This document shows, one piece after another, positions 1 to 11,569 of a stretch of DNA of 64,000 bases. The notes below the pieces were generated by a model, which was given only the letters and a program-made list of their open reading frames with translations, made no database searches and had not been told where the DNA came from. How positions within the stretch are numbered: position 1 is the stretch's first letter; every line of letters starts with the position of its first letter. A program made the translations under genes and the position numbers. This DNA comes from Cyanidioschyzon merolae. Its lineage: Eukaryota. The DNA is taken from the NCBI GenBank assembly GCA_000091205.1, contig AP006502.2. One strand, given 5' to 3'.

Positions 1-1498
1 CCCTTCGGTGGATGATTCCGTCATACTGTCGAGCGCTACTCGTCTCGCTGACGTTCCAGGAACTCTGTCCTGAACGCTGCTGCTGCTGCTGCTGCTGCTG
101 AAGCTCCTGAAATCGGAACGTTCGGCCCAAGGCTGTTGCGCTCGAAGCGGTACTCTGATGCGCCCCCGGACAGGCACGCCGCTGATGCGCTTGCAGATCC
201 AGAAGCGTTGCGAACGCCAGACCACGACAGCTTGGGGCATCGCAAACATAATGTGCAGAACGATAGTGCTCCTCGAGTGCTTCAAAATTGCGATAGTACA
301 CATACTGAATCCCATCTCTTTCACATAACGCACAGGTTTCATGCGACTGGGTCAGATGCTCGTAGAGCGCATCATCATCGTAGTAGAATCTCTTGCAAAA
401 CCGGCATTCAGCGTGTTCGGATCGCAGGTGATCCCGCAAGGTTCCATCCCGCGAACCGCCAGACATTCGCTCTTCTGGTGATGATCGAGCAGCTCGGGAA
501 TGTACTGCTTTCGTTCGTACAGGATACAACCGCAGCTCTGCCCAGTACTTACGACCAGAGCCGGCACAGACCTCACAAAGAGCATAACTGGGATGCGTCT
601 TCTGCACATGGCGTCGCAGTCCCGACGGACTCGCACTCTGGAAGCCGCAAGCAGGACAAGTGGGAATCTGCAGGGCGCGCATTTGCTCCCATGCTGTTCG
701 ATTTGAGTACTTCATGGCGGCTGTTGCGTCCCACATGTCCTGCGCGATATCGGGGTTGCTGTCTGTGGTTGCATCCTGTTTCAGCTCCGGGGACGATTGC
801 ATTTCACCCGCAGGTATGACAAGCATTTCCTCTAGGTCCTGATTGCAGACCACACAACGACGAAGACGATAGAGGCATCGTATGCGATGTGCACAGAGTA
901 AGCAGATTCGATGTGCACACGAGCCAATCGCCCAGAAGGTTGCTCGCTCCCGACACACGAGGCACACCGACTCGGACCCGGTTTCAGCACGCGAGTCGCT
1001 CAGTTCTGTGCTGGAGCAGGCGGGAGCTACCGTTTGACCAAAGCCTAGCGGTCTTTCTCTGAGCGAGCTCACTGCTGGCTCTTGAGCGTCGTCTGAGGGA
1101 CCCCTGGGCGCGGAACTCGGCTCCGTCCTGTTGTTGCTCGTTTCCAAACGGCCTCCTTTGTTAGCTGGAGCAGGACGCTGTTGTTGTCGTCGTTGCTGCT
1201 GCTCGTTCGGCGCAGTTGCGGACCGATGGCTTCGTGGAGTTGGTCCAGGAGACCGATGCGACTCGGCAGCACTCGCAAAGCCTGTAGCTTCACCTCGGGA
1301 CGCCTTGTCGCCAATCGACTTGTGCTCACACGCTGCTGCTGATGTGTGCTCTTTTTCGTGAGAATCTGCTCTAGTTGAACCGATCCTACTCCAGGTTCCT
1401 TCCAAACGGGGCTCACTTGTTGATGGTGTGTCTGTTGTTGAGTTCGAATCGTGTGTAGCCTTTGACTGTGTAGCAAAAGACTGCAGGCGTTCCCACAT
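1..1498 (-). CDS. RING-type E3 ubiquitin ligase, ZNF598/Hel2-like (partial; C-terminus runs off left window edge)
   Basis: Not in the ORF track because it is edge-truncated. My own minus-strand translation from ATG at 1496-1498 (upstream stop at 1577-1579) stays open to position 1. It contains a RING finger CLVCRERATFWAIGSCAHRICLLCAHRIRCLYRLRRCVVC. Several C2H2-like fingers follow (CPACGFQSASPSGLRRHVQKTH; CRFCKRFYYDDDALYEHLTQSHETCALCERDGIQYVYYRNFEALEEHYRSAHYVC), matching ZNF598 architecture. The 170-aa N-terminus before the RING is low complexity and Q/R-rich. Confidence 0.6.
   Translation of the reverse strand, partial: MWERLQSFATQSKATHDSNSTTDTPSTSEPRLEGTWSRIGSTRADSHEKEHTSAAACEHKSIGDKASRGEATGFASAAESHRSPGPTPRSHRSATAPNEQQQRRQQQRPAPANKGGRLETSNNRTEPSSAPRGPSDDAQEPAVSSLRERPLGFGQTVAPACSSTELSDSRAETGSESVCLVCRERATFWAIGSCAHRICLLCAHRIRCLYRLRRCVVCNQDLEEMLVIPAGEMQSSPELKQDATTDSNPDIAQDMWDATAAMKYSNRTAWEQMRALQIPTCPACGFQSASPSGLRRHVQKTHPSYALCEVCAGSGRKYWAELRLYPVRTKAVHSRAARSSPEERMSGGSRDGTLRDHLRSEHAECRFCKRFYYDDDALYEHLTQSHETCALCERDGIQYVYYRNFEALEEHYRSAHYVCDAPSCRGLAFATLLDLQAHQRRACPGAHQSTASSATALGRTFRFQELQQQQQQQQRSGQSSWNVSETSSARQYDGIIHRR
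77..100. repeat. (CTG)8 microsatellite (encodes poly-Q in ZNF598-like C-terminal region on minus strand)
   Basis: Seen directly. Confidence 0.9.
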
Positions 1499-3001
1499 AG
1501 CACAAGCCTTCAACAGAAAACTGAACCCTTGTAAGTTGTAAGAGTTGTAACAGAGCTGACAGCAGCGCCGTGGAGCTCAGACAAGAACACCTAGAGTGCT
1601 CGCAAGAAGCACAAACTTGAGTGTTTCGGGCGCCTCAAGATAGTCGGACAAAAAGCTCAACCAGCACGAAAAATCGGCATCTACTGTACCAGGTCGAATC
1701 GGGAGGCGCAGGGTCGTTGTTCACGAACTGATGCTCTGTCCTCTATAGATATATATGTCGCAAAATGATAGACCATGGACTTGTGCGCCGCATGTGTTGC
1801 CGCGGGCCCCCCGTAGAGCCCCGCTGCGCTTAGCAGGCACCCGTGTTCGTGACTGAGTATCTACGCGAAGATTGGTCCAGCAACCTTGAAGCAGAGGCGC
1901 TGTGCATCGACTTCCGAGTAAGACATCCCAAAAATAACAGCAGAGTCACGAGTGAGCGGGATACTACGCATAATCATAAACTTACATGATTTACTTGTCG
2001 ACAGGATTCTTGTATGCGCGTCTGCGTCGTGTACCCGGAAAAGCAGCGCGTTCCACTGACACAGAGATCGTCGAGTATAGTACATGAGATTACATTTTCT
2101 CAGTGCGGCATGGATGCATCGAACGTATTGCCCAGCTGTCAAAGAGCGGGACGGGACGTGGAGGCTCTATTTGAGTACTTCGACATGCACAGAACCCCGT
2201 GCCCGACATTTCTTGAGTCGTTCTCTTTAGTGCAGGACTGACACATTGCTTCCGACGCCGCCGGATATGGAATCGCTTAAAGCCATCACATGACGAACCA
2301 CAAATCGTACGATCAAGTCTAATTGGTCAGCAATTGGCGAGGCAGCAACGACAGCGGCAGCGGCGAGCTCATCGCTCGCAGCCCCGTGCTTTCCCCTGAT
2401 AAAGCGTTGACCCGTCCGAAAAGACTTTTGGATGTGCGAGCGCCTCCCAATGAACTGTGGTGCAAATACTTTGCCTTTGATGGACGCTATCAGCTTTCAT
2501 TACCTATAGATTCGCGGTTTTGCATGGCGGACGAGCATGGTACTGTGATCCCGCTATAGCGCAGAGGTGCCGCACAAAGCAGGGCGCTTCAGCGGGACGT
2601 CGCGGGTATGTGCACGAGCCCTCTGGTGCATTCTTCTTCTGGAACGCGTCGATCCCAGGAGGCGCGCAAATGCGCATCGCTGCAGATCGTTTGAACATAC
2701 AGCATCCCTTTGACCGGTTTATCCATTATTTCACCATATTTTCCATGCTTCTGTCAAGAGGCCGTAACCCGACGTGTGCGCATGCGCAACTTTGTATTGC
2801 GGGCTTGTTTCGTGAGACGCTGCCACAGACAAGCGTTTTCAGCAGTTGCATACGCGTCTCAGTATCGCTCTTTCTCTCGTTTAGGGTTATCTTGGCGGCT
2901 TGGACGTTTTGGATTTTGTTGTCCCTAATTTGATACGCGTCTAGGGACTGGTCTCGGCTCTTTGAAGTGGTGCACGTAGCCAAACCTAGCTGCTGCGCAC
3001 A

Positions 3002-4660
3002 ATGAACGGCCACGCACAGGGAAACACGCTCGGGACGCAACCGTTGGGCCCTCCGCAGTTCATCGGTTCACGAATCTCTTTGCTTTCGAAAATGAACGTC
3101 CGCTACGAGGGTGTTTTATACAGTATCAACGCGCAGGACAGCACGGTGCAACTGCAGAACGTGCGCTGTTACGGCACGGAGGATCGCGTGCGGCCGGACG
3201 GAGGCCCGCCGGTCCCGCCCTCCCTTGATATCTACAGCTTTATCGTTTTTCGGGGTGCGGACATTCAGGACTTGAAGGTGGTCGTGCCGGCGCCAGTCGC
3301 ACCGCCGCAACTGCCGCCGCAGCAGGGAGCGTCGCTGCAGTCTGTCGCGCCCCCTGCGCCGCCCCATGGATACCCCCCGGGGACGGCGCCATCGTCCATG
3401 ATGGGTCCACCGTATTTCCCTCCATACGGAGGCAACATGATGCCGACCACAAACGCTTCAGGAGGACACGCGGCCTGGTCCGCGGGCAGCTCGCTGCCGA
3501 TGCCTCAGGCCCCGCCGCAGACGTTCGCGCCTCCTCGATCGGATACGACCTCGTACGGGCAGCCGTACCCGCAGCAGCCGAGCTATCGCTATGATGTGCC
3601 TCCTGTTCAACAAGCACTCCAGGGCTATCCGGGGGCGCCCCTGCCTACATTTATGGGATCTGCGGTTGATTGGGAGGATCGCCCGTCGCCGAGTGCTGGC
3701 GCACCAGTCCCAGGCAGAAATGTGATTGAGAATCCACCATCTGGCCGAGGCAGTGATACTGAAATCAATAAGGAAAGCACCGCTGTGACCGCTACTCGGC
3801 AGTCACAGGCCGAGCCTTCCGCAACACGTGTTCCAGTCGGGAATGAGGACATGCACATGGATCCCAAAAGACATCCCGAGCAGCAAAATGAGCCAAGAAG
3901 CACGAAGCAGGAGGAGTGGAAGAGCAAGGAAACCACCGGCGAGGGCCCGGAAAGGAAGACGTATGGGCGCCCTGTGAACCCAACCAGAAGTGATCGCAGA
4001 GAGCCTGAAGCGACGACAAAGCCTCCCGCACCGAACGGGCGCTTCCGCAGGCAGATGCAGCGAAGCACTGGTGCTGCTGATCGCCACGCTGGCGACACGA
4101 ATCATAGACATGGACAGCATCTGCATGACACTACTCGGAGAGGAAGCGGGCCGAGCAATACGAGAACACATTGGACCCGTCGCCAATCGTCGACGCCCGC
4201 GGCTATCGAAGAGTTCGATTTCGAATCCATGCGTGAGAAACTGCAAAAATCTCTGCTGATTGAAGAAGAGGTTCTGAAAAAAATACGCGAACAACCGAAA
4301 AAATACGATAAGAACAAATCGTTTTTCGACTCTCTAGGCGACGAGACTGCATCTGAGGTGCTTGCACCCCCAGCGGGTAGCGAATCCGTCACCAGTGACG
4401 GTGCTCAACTCAGCGAAAGACCCAAAGCAACGCAGCGCTCTTCCGATGCAAAGAATGTTGAAACCTTCGGCGAGGCGGCGATTCGTCTCCGTCGCCAACG
4501 GAGTCGAAACAGCGGACATGCTCGCCAGTACAGAAGACCTCCCGACGGACGCCCAACGAATCGGCAACGAGTGCCCGCGTCGAGAGGCGATGCAGCCCCG
4601 AAGCGCGCTGCACCACCGGAGGCGTCCACGCGCGATGCAGAGCCTGCAGTCTCCGTGTAG
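3002..4660 (+). CDS. LSM14: LSM14/Scd6/RAP55-family protein (Lsm domain + FDF + FFD-TFG boxes)
   Basis: N-terminal Lsm14 domain FIGSRISLLSKMNVRYEGVLYSINAQDSTVQLQNVRCYGTEDR. P/Q-rich linker. FDF motif AAIEEFDFESMREKLQ and FFD box KSFFDSLGDE. C-terminal RG-rich tail. ATG confirmed at 3002. Confidence 0.9.
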   Translation: MNGHAQGNTLGTQPLGPPQFIGSRISLLSKMNVRYEGVLYSINAQDSTVQLQNVRCYGTEDRVRPDGGPPVPPSLDIYSFIVFRGADIQDLKVVVPAPVAPPQLPPQQGASLQSVAPPAPPHGYPPGTAPSSMMGPPYFPPYGGNMMPTTNASGGHAAWSAGSSLPMPQAPPQTFAPPRSDTTSYGQPYPQQPSYRYDVPPVQQALQGYPGAPLPTFMGSAVDWEDRPSPSAGAPVPGRNVIENPPSGRGSDTEINKESTAVTATRQSQAEPSATRVPVGNEDMHMDPKRHPEQQNEPRSTKQEEWKSKETTGEGPERKTYGRPVNPTRSDRREPEATTKPPAPNGRFRRQMQRSTGAADRHAGDTNHRHGQHLHDTTRRGSGPSNTRTHWTRRQSSTPAAIEEFDFESMREKLQKSLLIEEEVLKKIREQPKKYDKNKSFFDSLGDETASEVLAPPAGSESVTSDGAQLSERPKATQRSSDAKNVETFGEAAIRLRRQRSRNSGHARQYRRPPDGRPTNRQRVPASRGDAAPKRAAPPEASTRDAEPAVSV

Positions 4661-4927
4661 AGGAGCGGGCTCCAGCACGCACTGTCTCTGGGATGGTGCA
4701 CGAAGCGCGTCGCCAGGCTCGATGCATCACCGCAACAAAGCATCGTAAACTGTGCTTCCGGGTGGTACCTTGGGAATATAGGGTGCTTGGCGAGCATCCG
4801 CGAATATCGCTTCTACTAGTTGCTGGATATCGTTCGCCGTCTGGAGTCAGTTGCACTAGGGCAGCGAACGATCGCGCTGCGATTGCCCTGGTTGCAGACT
4901 GCTTCTGATCCGTGAACGCTCAAGCGA

Positions 4928-4976
4928 CAGCAGCAGCAGCAGCAGCAGCAGCAGCCGTCGTCGTCGTCGTCGTCGT
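4928..4976. repeat. Compound microsatellite (CAG)9(CGT)7
   Basis: Seen directly, 270 bp 3' of the LSM14 stop. Confidence 0.9.
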
Positions 4977-7430
4977 TTTGGAGCTGGGCATCGAAATCCT
5001 TCAATACGATCGTCAAGCGTGCACGCTTTGTCACTTGTGACGTTCATGCTGGCAACTCATGACGTGCAGCAGACAATATGCCGTGATCGCTGGACAGCGT
5101 CGATATGCTGGACTGGCTCGCGACTGGCGCAGGACGCCGAGAACGCCCTTGTCGCACGGCGGCATGCGTACCCTGCACCCTTCTCAGATGCAGGTGCAAT
5201 ACTGAACTGCTTGCTCTGTGTGTGCTTTTCGATTTTCTCGAACTTTTTTTTCGATGTATGACTTGGCAGACCAAATACAGCAATGAAGGCAAACGGGTTC
5301 ATTCATAATTTTCGGACACCTGGTTGTTTACTGCTGGTCGTGCGTTAGACGTTTTGCCGCTGGAATTCGTTACGTCACTGGAATCAGGATGATTGGCAAT
5401 GCTTACGAAAAGTGTCCGTAAAATAATCGATATCAATATCCAGTGCAGACTTAAAAGCCCCACCTCTTTTCCCTACATAGAGCTTGCTCAGAATATGTAT
5501 TTTTCAGACTTTCGATCTTTATCACAAAAAGCAACTCGTGAGGGTAGGGATTTCCACCGCTGGACTGACGACCACGAAAAACTCGACTCTGTTCCTGGTC
5601 GACTTGTTCACAAACCCATACCGAAACTTCACAGCACCTCTCAGGTCAACTGATAATCTCCGCCGTTCTGAACCCAAATCATGCTCTGCTGGTGGCCATC
5701 GGTGAAACGCCATTCGACAACCGAGTGAACCCTCGAACGGGATCTTGTCCAAGAGGCTCCCGTCTCTTCTTTTCGCATCGAAAGGGGTCATTGGCTCGGA
5801 CTTGGGTCACCGCTTTGCACGGAGAATGCATAGCGGGATCAGCAGTTGCCGAATGGATCTCGAGCCTGAATTTCCGTCCCGATTACGCAGTTCATCGTGG
5901 ACAACATCGCGTACCATATGTATCCTCTATGGAGTCGAACGGCGTGCGCAGCAGACAGAGTACTCGGCGAGGGGATGCCCCAGAAGAAGGCCTGTGATCC
6001 TAGGGTACGGCACTGGGCGCGGAAACCGAGCAGACCATCGAGTCGCGCCTGCTGTAGCCGCGAGCGGCATGTGCTGGGCGCTGAACCGAACGTTCACGCG
6101 CAACAGAGCATCGCTCGGAGCGTAAGCTATGGTGGACATGTGGGAACACTTGCCCCAGTCTAGAGTCATCACTATAAAGCGAGCACAGATGCTGTACGCA
6201 AAGAAGATGGAAATCGCAAGCGAAGCACAGAGCGCAACGACCGTTTGTGAATGAAATGCGTCGACAAGAGTTGGAATCGGCACACTCGGGGCTCGAACAT
6301 CACCATGAATATCCTTCGAGTGCTGTCGCAAGAGCTGGATGGATACCTGCGACTGACAGATTCAACGCCGGAGATAAGAGAGACGAAAGACCATTCGAAG
6401 AAAAGCTCCCATTTGCTTTTGTTGATTGAAATGGGAAGCGATTCGAAGTTGAATGTGGACGCCCTAGTTAGCCAAGTGCACCCATTCTATTTGATGCTGA
6501 CGTGGGTGTAGCGCCTCGACTATCCGCTGCAAGCGGTCTGCTCTGCACCGCGCGATCAGCAGTGCGTGAAATAGTCCATGACACGACTTCAGCAGGAAAC
6601 ATGGATTCGTAAGCTGCTCAGGGTACAGGTTCCCGCTCTTGCCCGGCAATGTCGAGCCAACCCGTGCGGTATTGAGATCAATCCAGACCTGCAGCATCTC
6701 CGCCGAATACCTAGGTTCATCGGGTGTGTGGTTCCGGTACACATACCGTCTCCAGCTTCAGTGCCGTGCTACACGAGCGCGTTGGAGATTGGGTGCAAGG
6801 AAAGCGATCCTCCTTGGAAACGAACCAAAAAATATACGGAACGCATCGGCCTCCGCGAACGACCCAGCTTGCGACCCGCTGCAAAGCTTCTAGCGCCCTT
6901 TACAGGAACAGAAACACTTTTCCCGAGCTGTTTTCTGAAAGGAAACCCTCTTCCCGGTATGCCTCACTGCGAAGCGGGCCACCGGGCAGAAACTTCCCTC
7001 CCCGGACACTCCGTCGGAATGAGCGGATGCCCACTGCAGCTTATCGCTAGGCACTCATCGTGTAGGATCGATGCGTCGGAGCGGAATCCCGGGATGCGCC
7101 ACTGATTTCGGCAGCTACGATGAATCCCGCCGCTCCGTTCCATACCCCAAAGAAAATGCGCATGCTGCAGACCGCTCTCTCCGACGGGGCCAGAAATTCC
7201 ATTCTTCGGATAACTGTCTGAGAACCGAGCCTCGCGCCCACGCTTGCGGTGAAGGTATATGATGCGCCGTCGCCGCCGCTGCAGTCGCTATCACGCAAAG
7301 ACAGAGCGGCTCCGAGGCGCAGGTACGGTCATCCGCATGCGCAGTACACTGTTCGGGCGTGGCGTACGTAGTGCTGTGCATTTCAGAGTCGAGCGCTGGG
7401 CCCGCCATAGTGCTCGCTCGCCAACGAGCT

Positions 7431-8348
7431 CTATTCGCCAAGCATCTTTTGCATGGCTTGAAGAAAACGAGGTTCGAGCATCGCAGCTGGATCAGTGACT
7501 GCACCAGCTGCGAAAACATATCGAATGCTTTCGATCGAAACATTCAGTGAGAGCATGCTCAGCACAAGCACGGCATTCCGCGCTCGACAGAGCGCCTCGG
7601 CGTCGCCCGTCGTCAGCAGCGACGTCGACGTGGGCTCCGCTTCATCTGCTACCGCACCAGCGCGGTCTGTTTCCTCAGGATTCCAATAAATCCAGATGTA
7701 ACCATTGACACCAAGTACAACCCAAAGATGCGGATAACCGAGGCTGGCAAATGCTCGACCAGTGCGGCGAATCAGTCCAGGCGGAACGGACACGAAGACG
7801 CCGAACTGGCTGAGGCGACCGAACTTATCCTCGAGGCGCGTATGCAGCATAATGGAGCCGTCTGCTTTGATTTCCTGAACCTCAGCAGCGATGAGATCGG
7901 TTTCGGCGTAAAAAGCCCGCATATTAAGTTCGTCCTCCCTGGTGCGGCGGCGTTGCACCGCTCCCGGTAAACGGATCGCGAAGAGCGTGAGCACCGCATC
8001 TTGTCGTGCTTGGATATCTACTTTCCACCGACGCGAGGCCGGCAGCACCTGAGCGATTCGACCAACGACAACGTCACCAACGTTGGGAACATAACGCCCT
8101 CGCCAGGACCGAATGGTGACCAGTTTGTTGATGCGTTCGACCGTGCCTGCCAAGGTTGCCCGCAATACTTTTGATTCGTCACTAGGTGTCCAGAATATTC
8201 CATGACCTCTGAGCGTATTTTGTTCCGGGGCGTAAATAGCATCCCCCGGAAGAGCCAGTGATGCTGCAGGTGCAACCTTTGGTAGGGGGATACGTTGTTC
8301 CAACGGGGTATGGAAGCGGCCGTTTGCGGTGGCTTTTTGCTCTTCCAT
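7431..8348 (-). CDS. RRP4: Exosome complex component Rrp4 (EXOSC2), S1/KH RNA-binding subunit
   Basis: Strong similarity to EXOSC2 throughout: GDVVVGRIAQV...RWKVDI S1 motif, EDELNMRAFYAETDLIAAEVQ, and NGYIWIYWNPEE. The track ORF starts at a TTG (8411). The first ATG (MEEQKATANG) is at 8348. Confidence 0.85.
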   Translation of the reverse strand: MEEQKATANGRFHTPLEQRIPLPKVAPAASLALPGDAIYAPEQNTLRGHGIFWTPSDESKVLRATLAGTVERINKLVTIRSWRGRYVPNVGDVVVGRIAQVLPASRRWKVDIQARQDAVLTLFAIRLPGAVQRRRTREDELNMRAFYAETDLIAAEVQEIKADGSIMLHTRLEDKFGRLSQFGVFVSVPPGLIRRTGRAFASLGYPHLWVVLGVNGYIWIYWNPEETDRAGAVADEAEPTSTSLLTTGDAEALCRARNAVLVLSMLSLNVSIESIRYVFAAGAVTDPAAMLEPRFLQAMQKMLGE

Positions 8349-9387
8349 GCCCCCTGGATCACAGCTTGTAACAAAGCTGCAGCTCGCCACCGGCAAGAAT
8401 GAAGTGAGCAAGCGCTTTCTTGCACTTGTGCAGCCCGAACGAAATCAGTAGCTCCTGACGGAGCGCAGGTCTCCGAGTGGACCTCCAGCGTGCGCTTTCC
8501 CAGGAACCGCAGCGGCACGTCAGTGTCAAAGCGACTCTACCGATTTAGAAGGCCCTTGGTAGGAGCGACGAATAGCCACGACCAGCTCCAGCAGGTCGTT
8601 CGAACTACAACGCGAAGTCGGCTGAAGCACCACGTCCCAAGAGAATGTTGCAGCAGAGATTTCCAAGTATCAACACGGGTAACACAAAGCACTGACGACG
8701 ACGAGCTCTGAACGCGATTCGCAGGTCCGTCACCCTGTGTTCCGCAAGTGCTAACAGACTTGTGACAGTTGTGGGAGGTGGCCTCAAAGCCGCGAGCACC
8801 CGGCTCCTGAAACGCTTTCTTATCGCCTTGTTTCGTTGCAGCGATACGCTGACGCTCGCTGCGCTCCAGCTATGACCATCGTTGAGCGCAGCGCTGAGCA
8901 GCGGCAGCGTATCCCGCGGGCAAGGTCCCCGATGTTTATGATATACGATTTCTCAGTCTACTCAAGATTCCCCAGGTGTGTAAGCTCTACTCGTATTCGG
9001 TGCAGAGACTGCAGTCTCATAAGAAACGCAATCACATTACACGGAACCTTGTGTGACGCTCTCCCAGGCACACCCCCTTGAACCGACGATACACCGGAGG
9101 TCGACCCTGCCGATGCATTTGATGCAACGTCGAATGCGGAGTCGCGGTCGCCCGTGAGAGACACCACCATGACTTTGTCATGCCTTTGTGAGCGGCGGTC
9201 GAGGCAGGCAACCAACGTTCTTCGCCACAGCGCGCACATATACGCTCCCAAACTCCAGCTGTTTTCCTTGAGCATCGAGCAGTTTATCCCCAGTTTTTTT
9301 GTTCGATATCGTTCAGCAAGCACTCCTGGGTCACGCTCTTTTTCCAGTTAACACCGCATACACGTTACTGACCTACGGTTCAGAACG

Positions 9388-9421
9388 GTGGTGGTGATGA
9401 TGATGATGATGATGATGATGG
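9388..9421. repeat. (GTG)3(ATG)8 microsatellite
   Basis: Seen directly. It produces the spurious His11 ORF at 9373-9591. Confidence 0.9.
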
Positions 9422-9922
9422 GCCTCGCGGCATTCCATAACCTGCTTTCGCCCAAGGGCGCAGGCTGCACAGACCCAGCACGACTTCGTTGACGAAGCGC
9501 AACACGTCTCAGGATGCGACATGCCTGGGCCGGGGCGCGCAGTGCTCGTCACCAAAGCGTCTACAGCACGCGACTGGAACGTGCCCGCCAACGCCTCTGT
9601 TCAGGAAGCGGAGCGCGTTTTGAACGCTGACTCGGTCGTCTCCGACGTTGACGTAACGAGATAAAATCAGATCCATCATTCGATGACACCTATCACGGAA
9701 CGCTGTTTCGAAGCGACATAGGTACATTGCACTGCCACTCTTATCTTATAACGTTTCCGGCTTCTCCCAAGGGCATCATATAAGCAGCAGTCCAGTTAGC
9801 AAGCTGTGCAGCATATTACCACGACGGCAAAATCGGCTTGTCGCGTCTCTGCTTTCGAGCAAGCATGCACGTCGGGTGCTTGCCAGCGCACCAAAAAAAT
9901 GCACATGACGGGCAGATACATG

Positions 9923-11569
9923 TTAGGGGGCTTCAATCATGTCGACAGAAAACTTTTCAAATCGACTGCGAACTTTTGGTTCACGTATTTCAATTTGCGG
10001 TGAGGAAATGATGTCATCTGCGTCTTCCAGTACGTCACCCACTTCAAAGCCCAGTCGCCGCAGTGAATCATACACAGTTGAGAACACTCGACTCAAGGCG
10101 ATATAGGCGTTGGAGGTCGTCTGCGCCAACGCTGCAGCCAAGCCACCAACGCGAGCAGTTGTTTCGACGAGATTCGGCGGCGACCGAAGCAGCAGTTCCT
10201 CGTCTTGCGGGCTTACCGCTAGCGCAACCTGTGTCAGCCAATGAAAATCCAGGGGAAGCTTCTCACGATATACATCTCGAGTTCGCAACTGTCGCCGAAT
10301 ATAGACAATCGCTTGCACGACGCTATGGTTGACCGTCCGAGGATCCTGCAAGCGACGAATCTCCCATGCAGCTGCAGCAGCGTACAGCACGAGCCAGATC
10401 GCCTCGAGATCTGCGGCGGAGACCTCCCCAATAATCGAATCAACAGCGTATTCTAACGTCTCCACAGAGCTTCCGAGAACCGTATCCAGAAGCATCTGCA
10501 CGGTGCGCTCAGCATGGTTGAGTGCGCGCATGAGCGGTGCGTCAATAATGCGGACGCTCTGTTGTGCGCGAAAAGCGAGCAAGGTCAAGCGGTCCCGCTC
10601 CTCGGAGTTTCCACGATGCTCTGCAAGCAGACGCGATGCACTGAGACCGTAGAAGAAGCGATTATCAAAGTAGTGACGGTTTGCAGCAACAGCGGTAAGG
10701 GCCTGCTCACTGAGGCCTTGGAGCGCAACCCGCTGGACCGCGGCATATGGGGGCTCTCCTGTCGATGCCGCGCGCGCGTTTTCCAAACGCGACAAGTCTT
10801 CATCCCGTAGAAGCAACTTCTCTGCAAATACCAGCAGCTCTCTGAACTGGTAGCTCATGGGCGCTCTATTTCTGCGCAGCTTATCAGCGGAAAGTTGCAG
10901 CGCCTGTGCCACGCGCAGCAGCTCTTGATTCGAACGCAGACTTATTCCGGATAAGAGCTTCTGGAGCGCCTCTTCAGCCTGCGGCTGCTCCAAAAGCAAC
11001 TCGTGTCGTTCATCGGTCTGGAGAGCCCCTGAACCGTTCATATCAGAACGCAAGTTCGCCAGGTGCCTACCGTTGCGGCCTTCGAACTCGCCGTCCTCGG
11101 CGTCGTTCAACGCTGGCCCGTAGTTAGGCTCGGTCTCTAGTCGGTGACTGTTTTCATCGTTCCAGTTCTCAGCATCTTGCGGTTCGAGCTCGCTGTGCGT
11201 GCGCGACGCCGCTTGCTCAGCACGCTCCTGTCGCGGTGCGCCTGCTGGCTGTTGCCGAGCGCCCGTCGTAGCGCCATCACCTCCGCCCGGTTTGCGCTTC
11301 GCTCTCGTTCTTCCCTTTTTCGCGAGAGCAACGAGCTCTCCCGCTCTTGTCGCAGTAGTCAGTCCTGTTCGCGCACGCTCCGACACGTTCCAGAACGGGT
11401 GACGCAGCCGCGGTTGTGGTAGCGTGCGCCAGCGACCGGAGTGCCGCTCTTGCTGAACCCAGCGGTGCGCTCTTAGCCCAAGTGAAGCCGTTCCGGCTTC
11501 CAAGGGGAGCAAGTTTCCTGGAAAGAAACAGAGCATACCTCCGGTATGACGCACGGTGCTCGCAGCCAA
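9923..11569 (-). CDS. Hypothetical protein (about 540 aa), no recognised domain
   Basis: Long open frame with an acidic/Q-rich N-terminal half and a helical C-terminal half. The track start at 11569 is TTG. The first ATG is about 11536. No motif recognised by eye. Confidence 0.4.
   Translation of the reverse strand: MAASTVRHTGGMLCFFPGNLLPLEAGTASLGLRAHRWVQQERHSGRWRTLPQPRLRHPFWNVSERARTGLTTATRAGELVALAKKGRTRAKRKPGGGDGATTGARQQPAGAPRQERAEQAASRTHSELEPQDAENWNDENSHRLETEPNYGPALNDAEDGEFEGRNGRHLANLRSDMNGSGALQTDERHELLLEQPQAEEALQKLLSGISLRSNQELLRVAQALQLSADKLRRNRAPMSYQFRELLVFAEKLLLRDEDLSRLENARAASTGEPPYAAVQRVALQGLSEQALTAVAANRHYFDNRFFYGLSASRLLAEHRGNSEERDRLTLLAFRAQQSVRIIDAPLMRALNHAERTVQMLLDTVLGSSVETLEYAVDSIIGEVSAADLEAIWLVLYAAAAAWEIRRLQDPRTVNHSVVQAIVYIRRQLRTRDVYREKLPLDFHWLTQVALAVSPQDEELLLRSPPNLVETTARVGGLAAALAQTTSNAYIALSRVFSTVYDSLRRLGFEVGDVLEDADDIISSPQIEIREPKVRSRFEKFSVDMIEAP

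Noticed and set aside
136-842. Track ORFs 136-819(+), 352-636(-), 500-706(+), 660-842(+) at the left end
   Set aside because: All overlap the ZNF598-like coding frame (minus strand, frame not listed in the track). GC-rich coding DNA gives long spurious ORFs in alternate frames, and none shows a motif.
4816-5047. ORFs encoding poly-D/poly-C and poly-R/poly-L
   Set aside because: These are translations of the (CAG)9(CGT)7 compound microsatellite, not genes.
8349-8411. Track-annotated N-terminal extensions of several genes (Rrp4, MnmA, CGL, 38595, 63956, 45764, 11569, 20416)
   Set aside because: The first codon is TTG or GTG in each case. The track renders non-ATG starts as M. I moved the starts to the first in-frame ATG where a conserved N-terminus supported it, and the remaining cases stay uncertain.
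9373-9591. ORF ending in HHHHHHHHHHH (looks like a His-tag)
   Set aside because: It is the translation of a (GTG)3(ATG)8 microsatellite on the opposite strand. The flanking sequence has no protein-like features.
10906-10960. gattcgaac (reverse-complement GTTCGAATC, T-loop-like) suggesting a second tRNA
   Set aside because: No T-stem complementarity and no D or anticodon arm. It lies inside the 9923-11569 coding frame.
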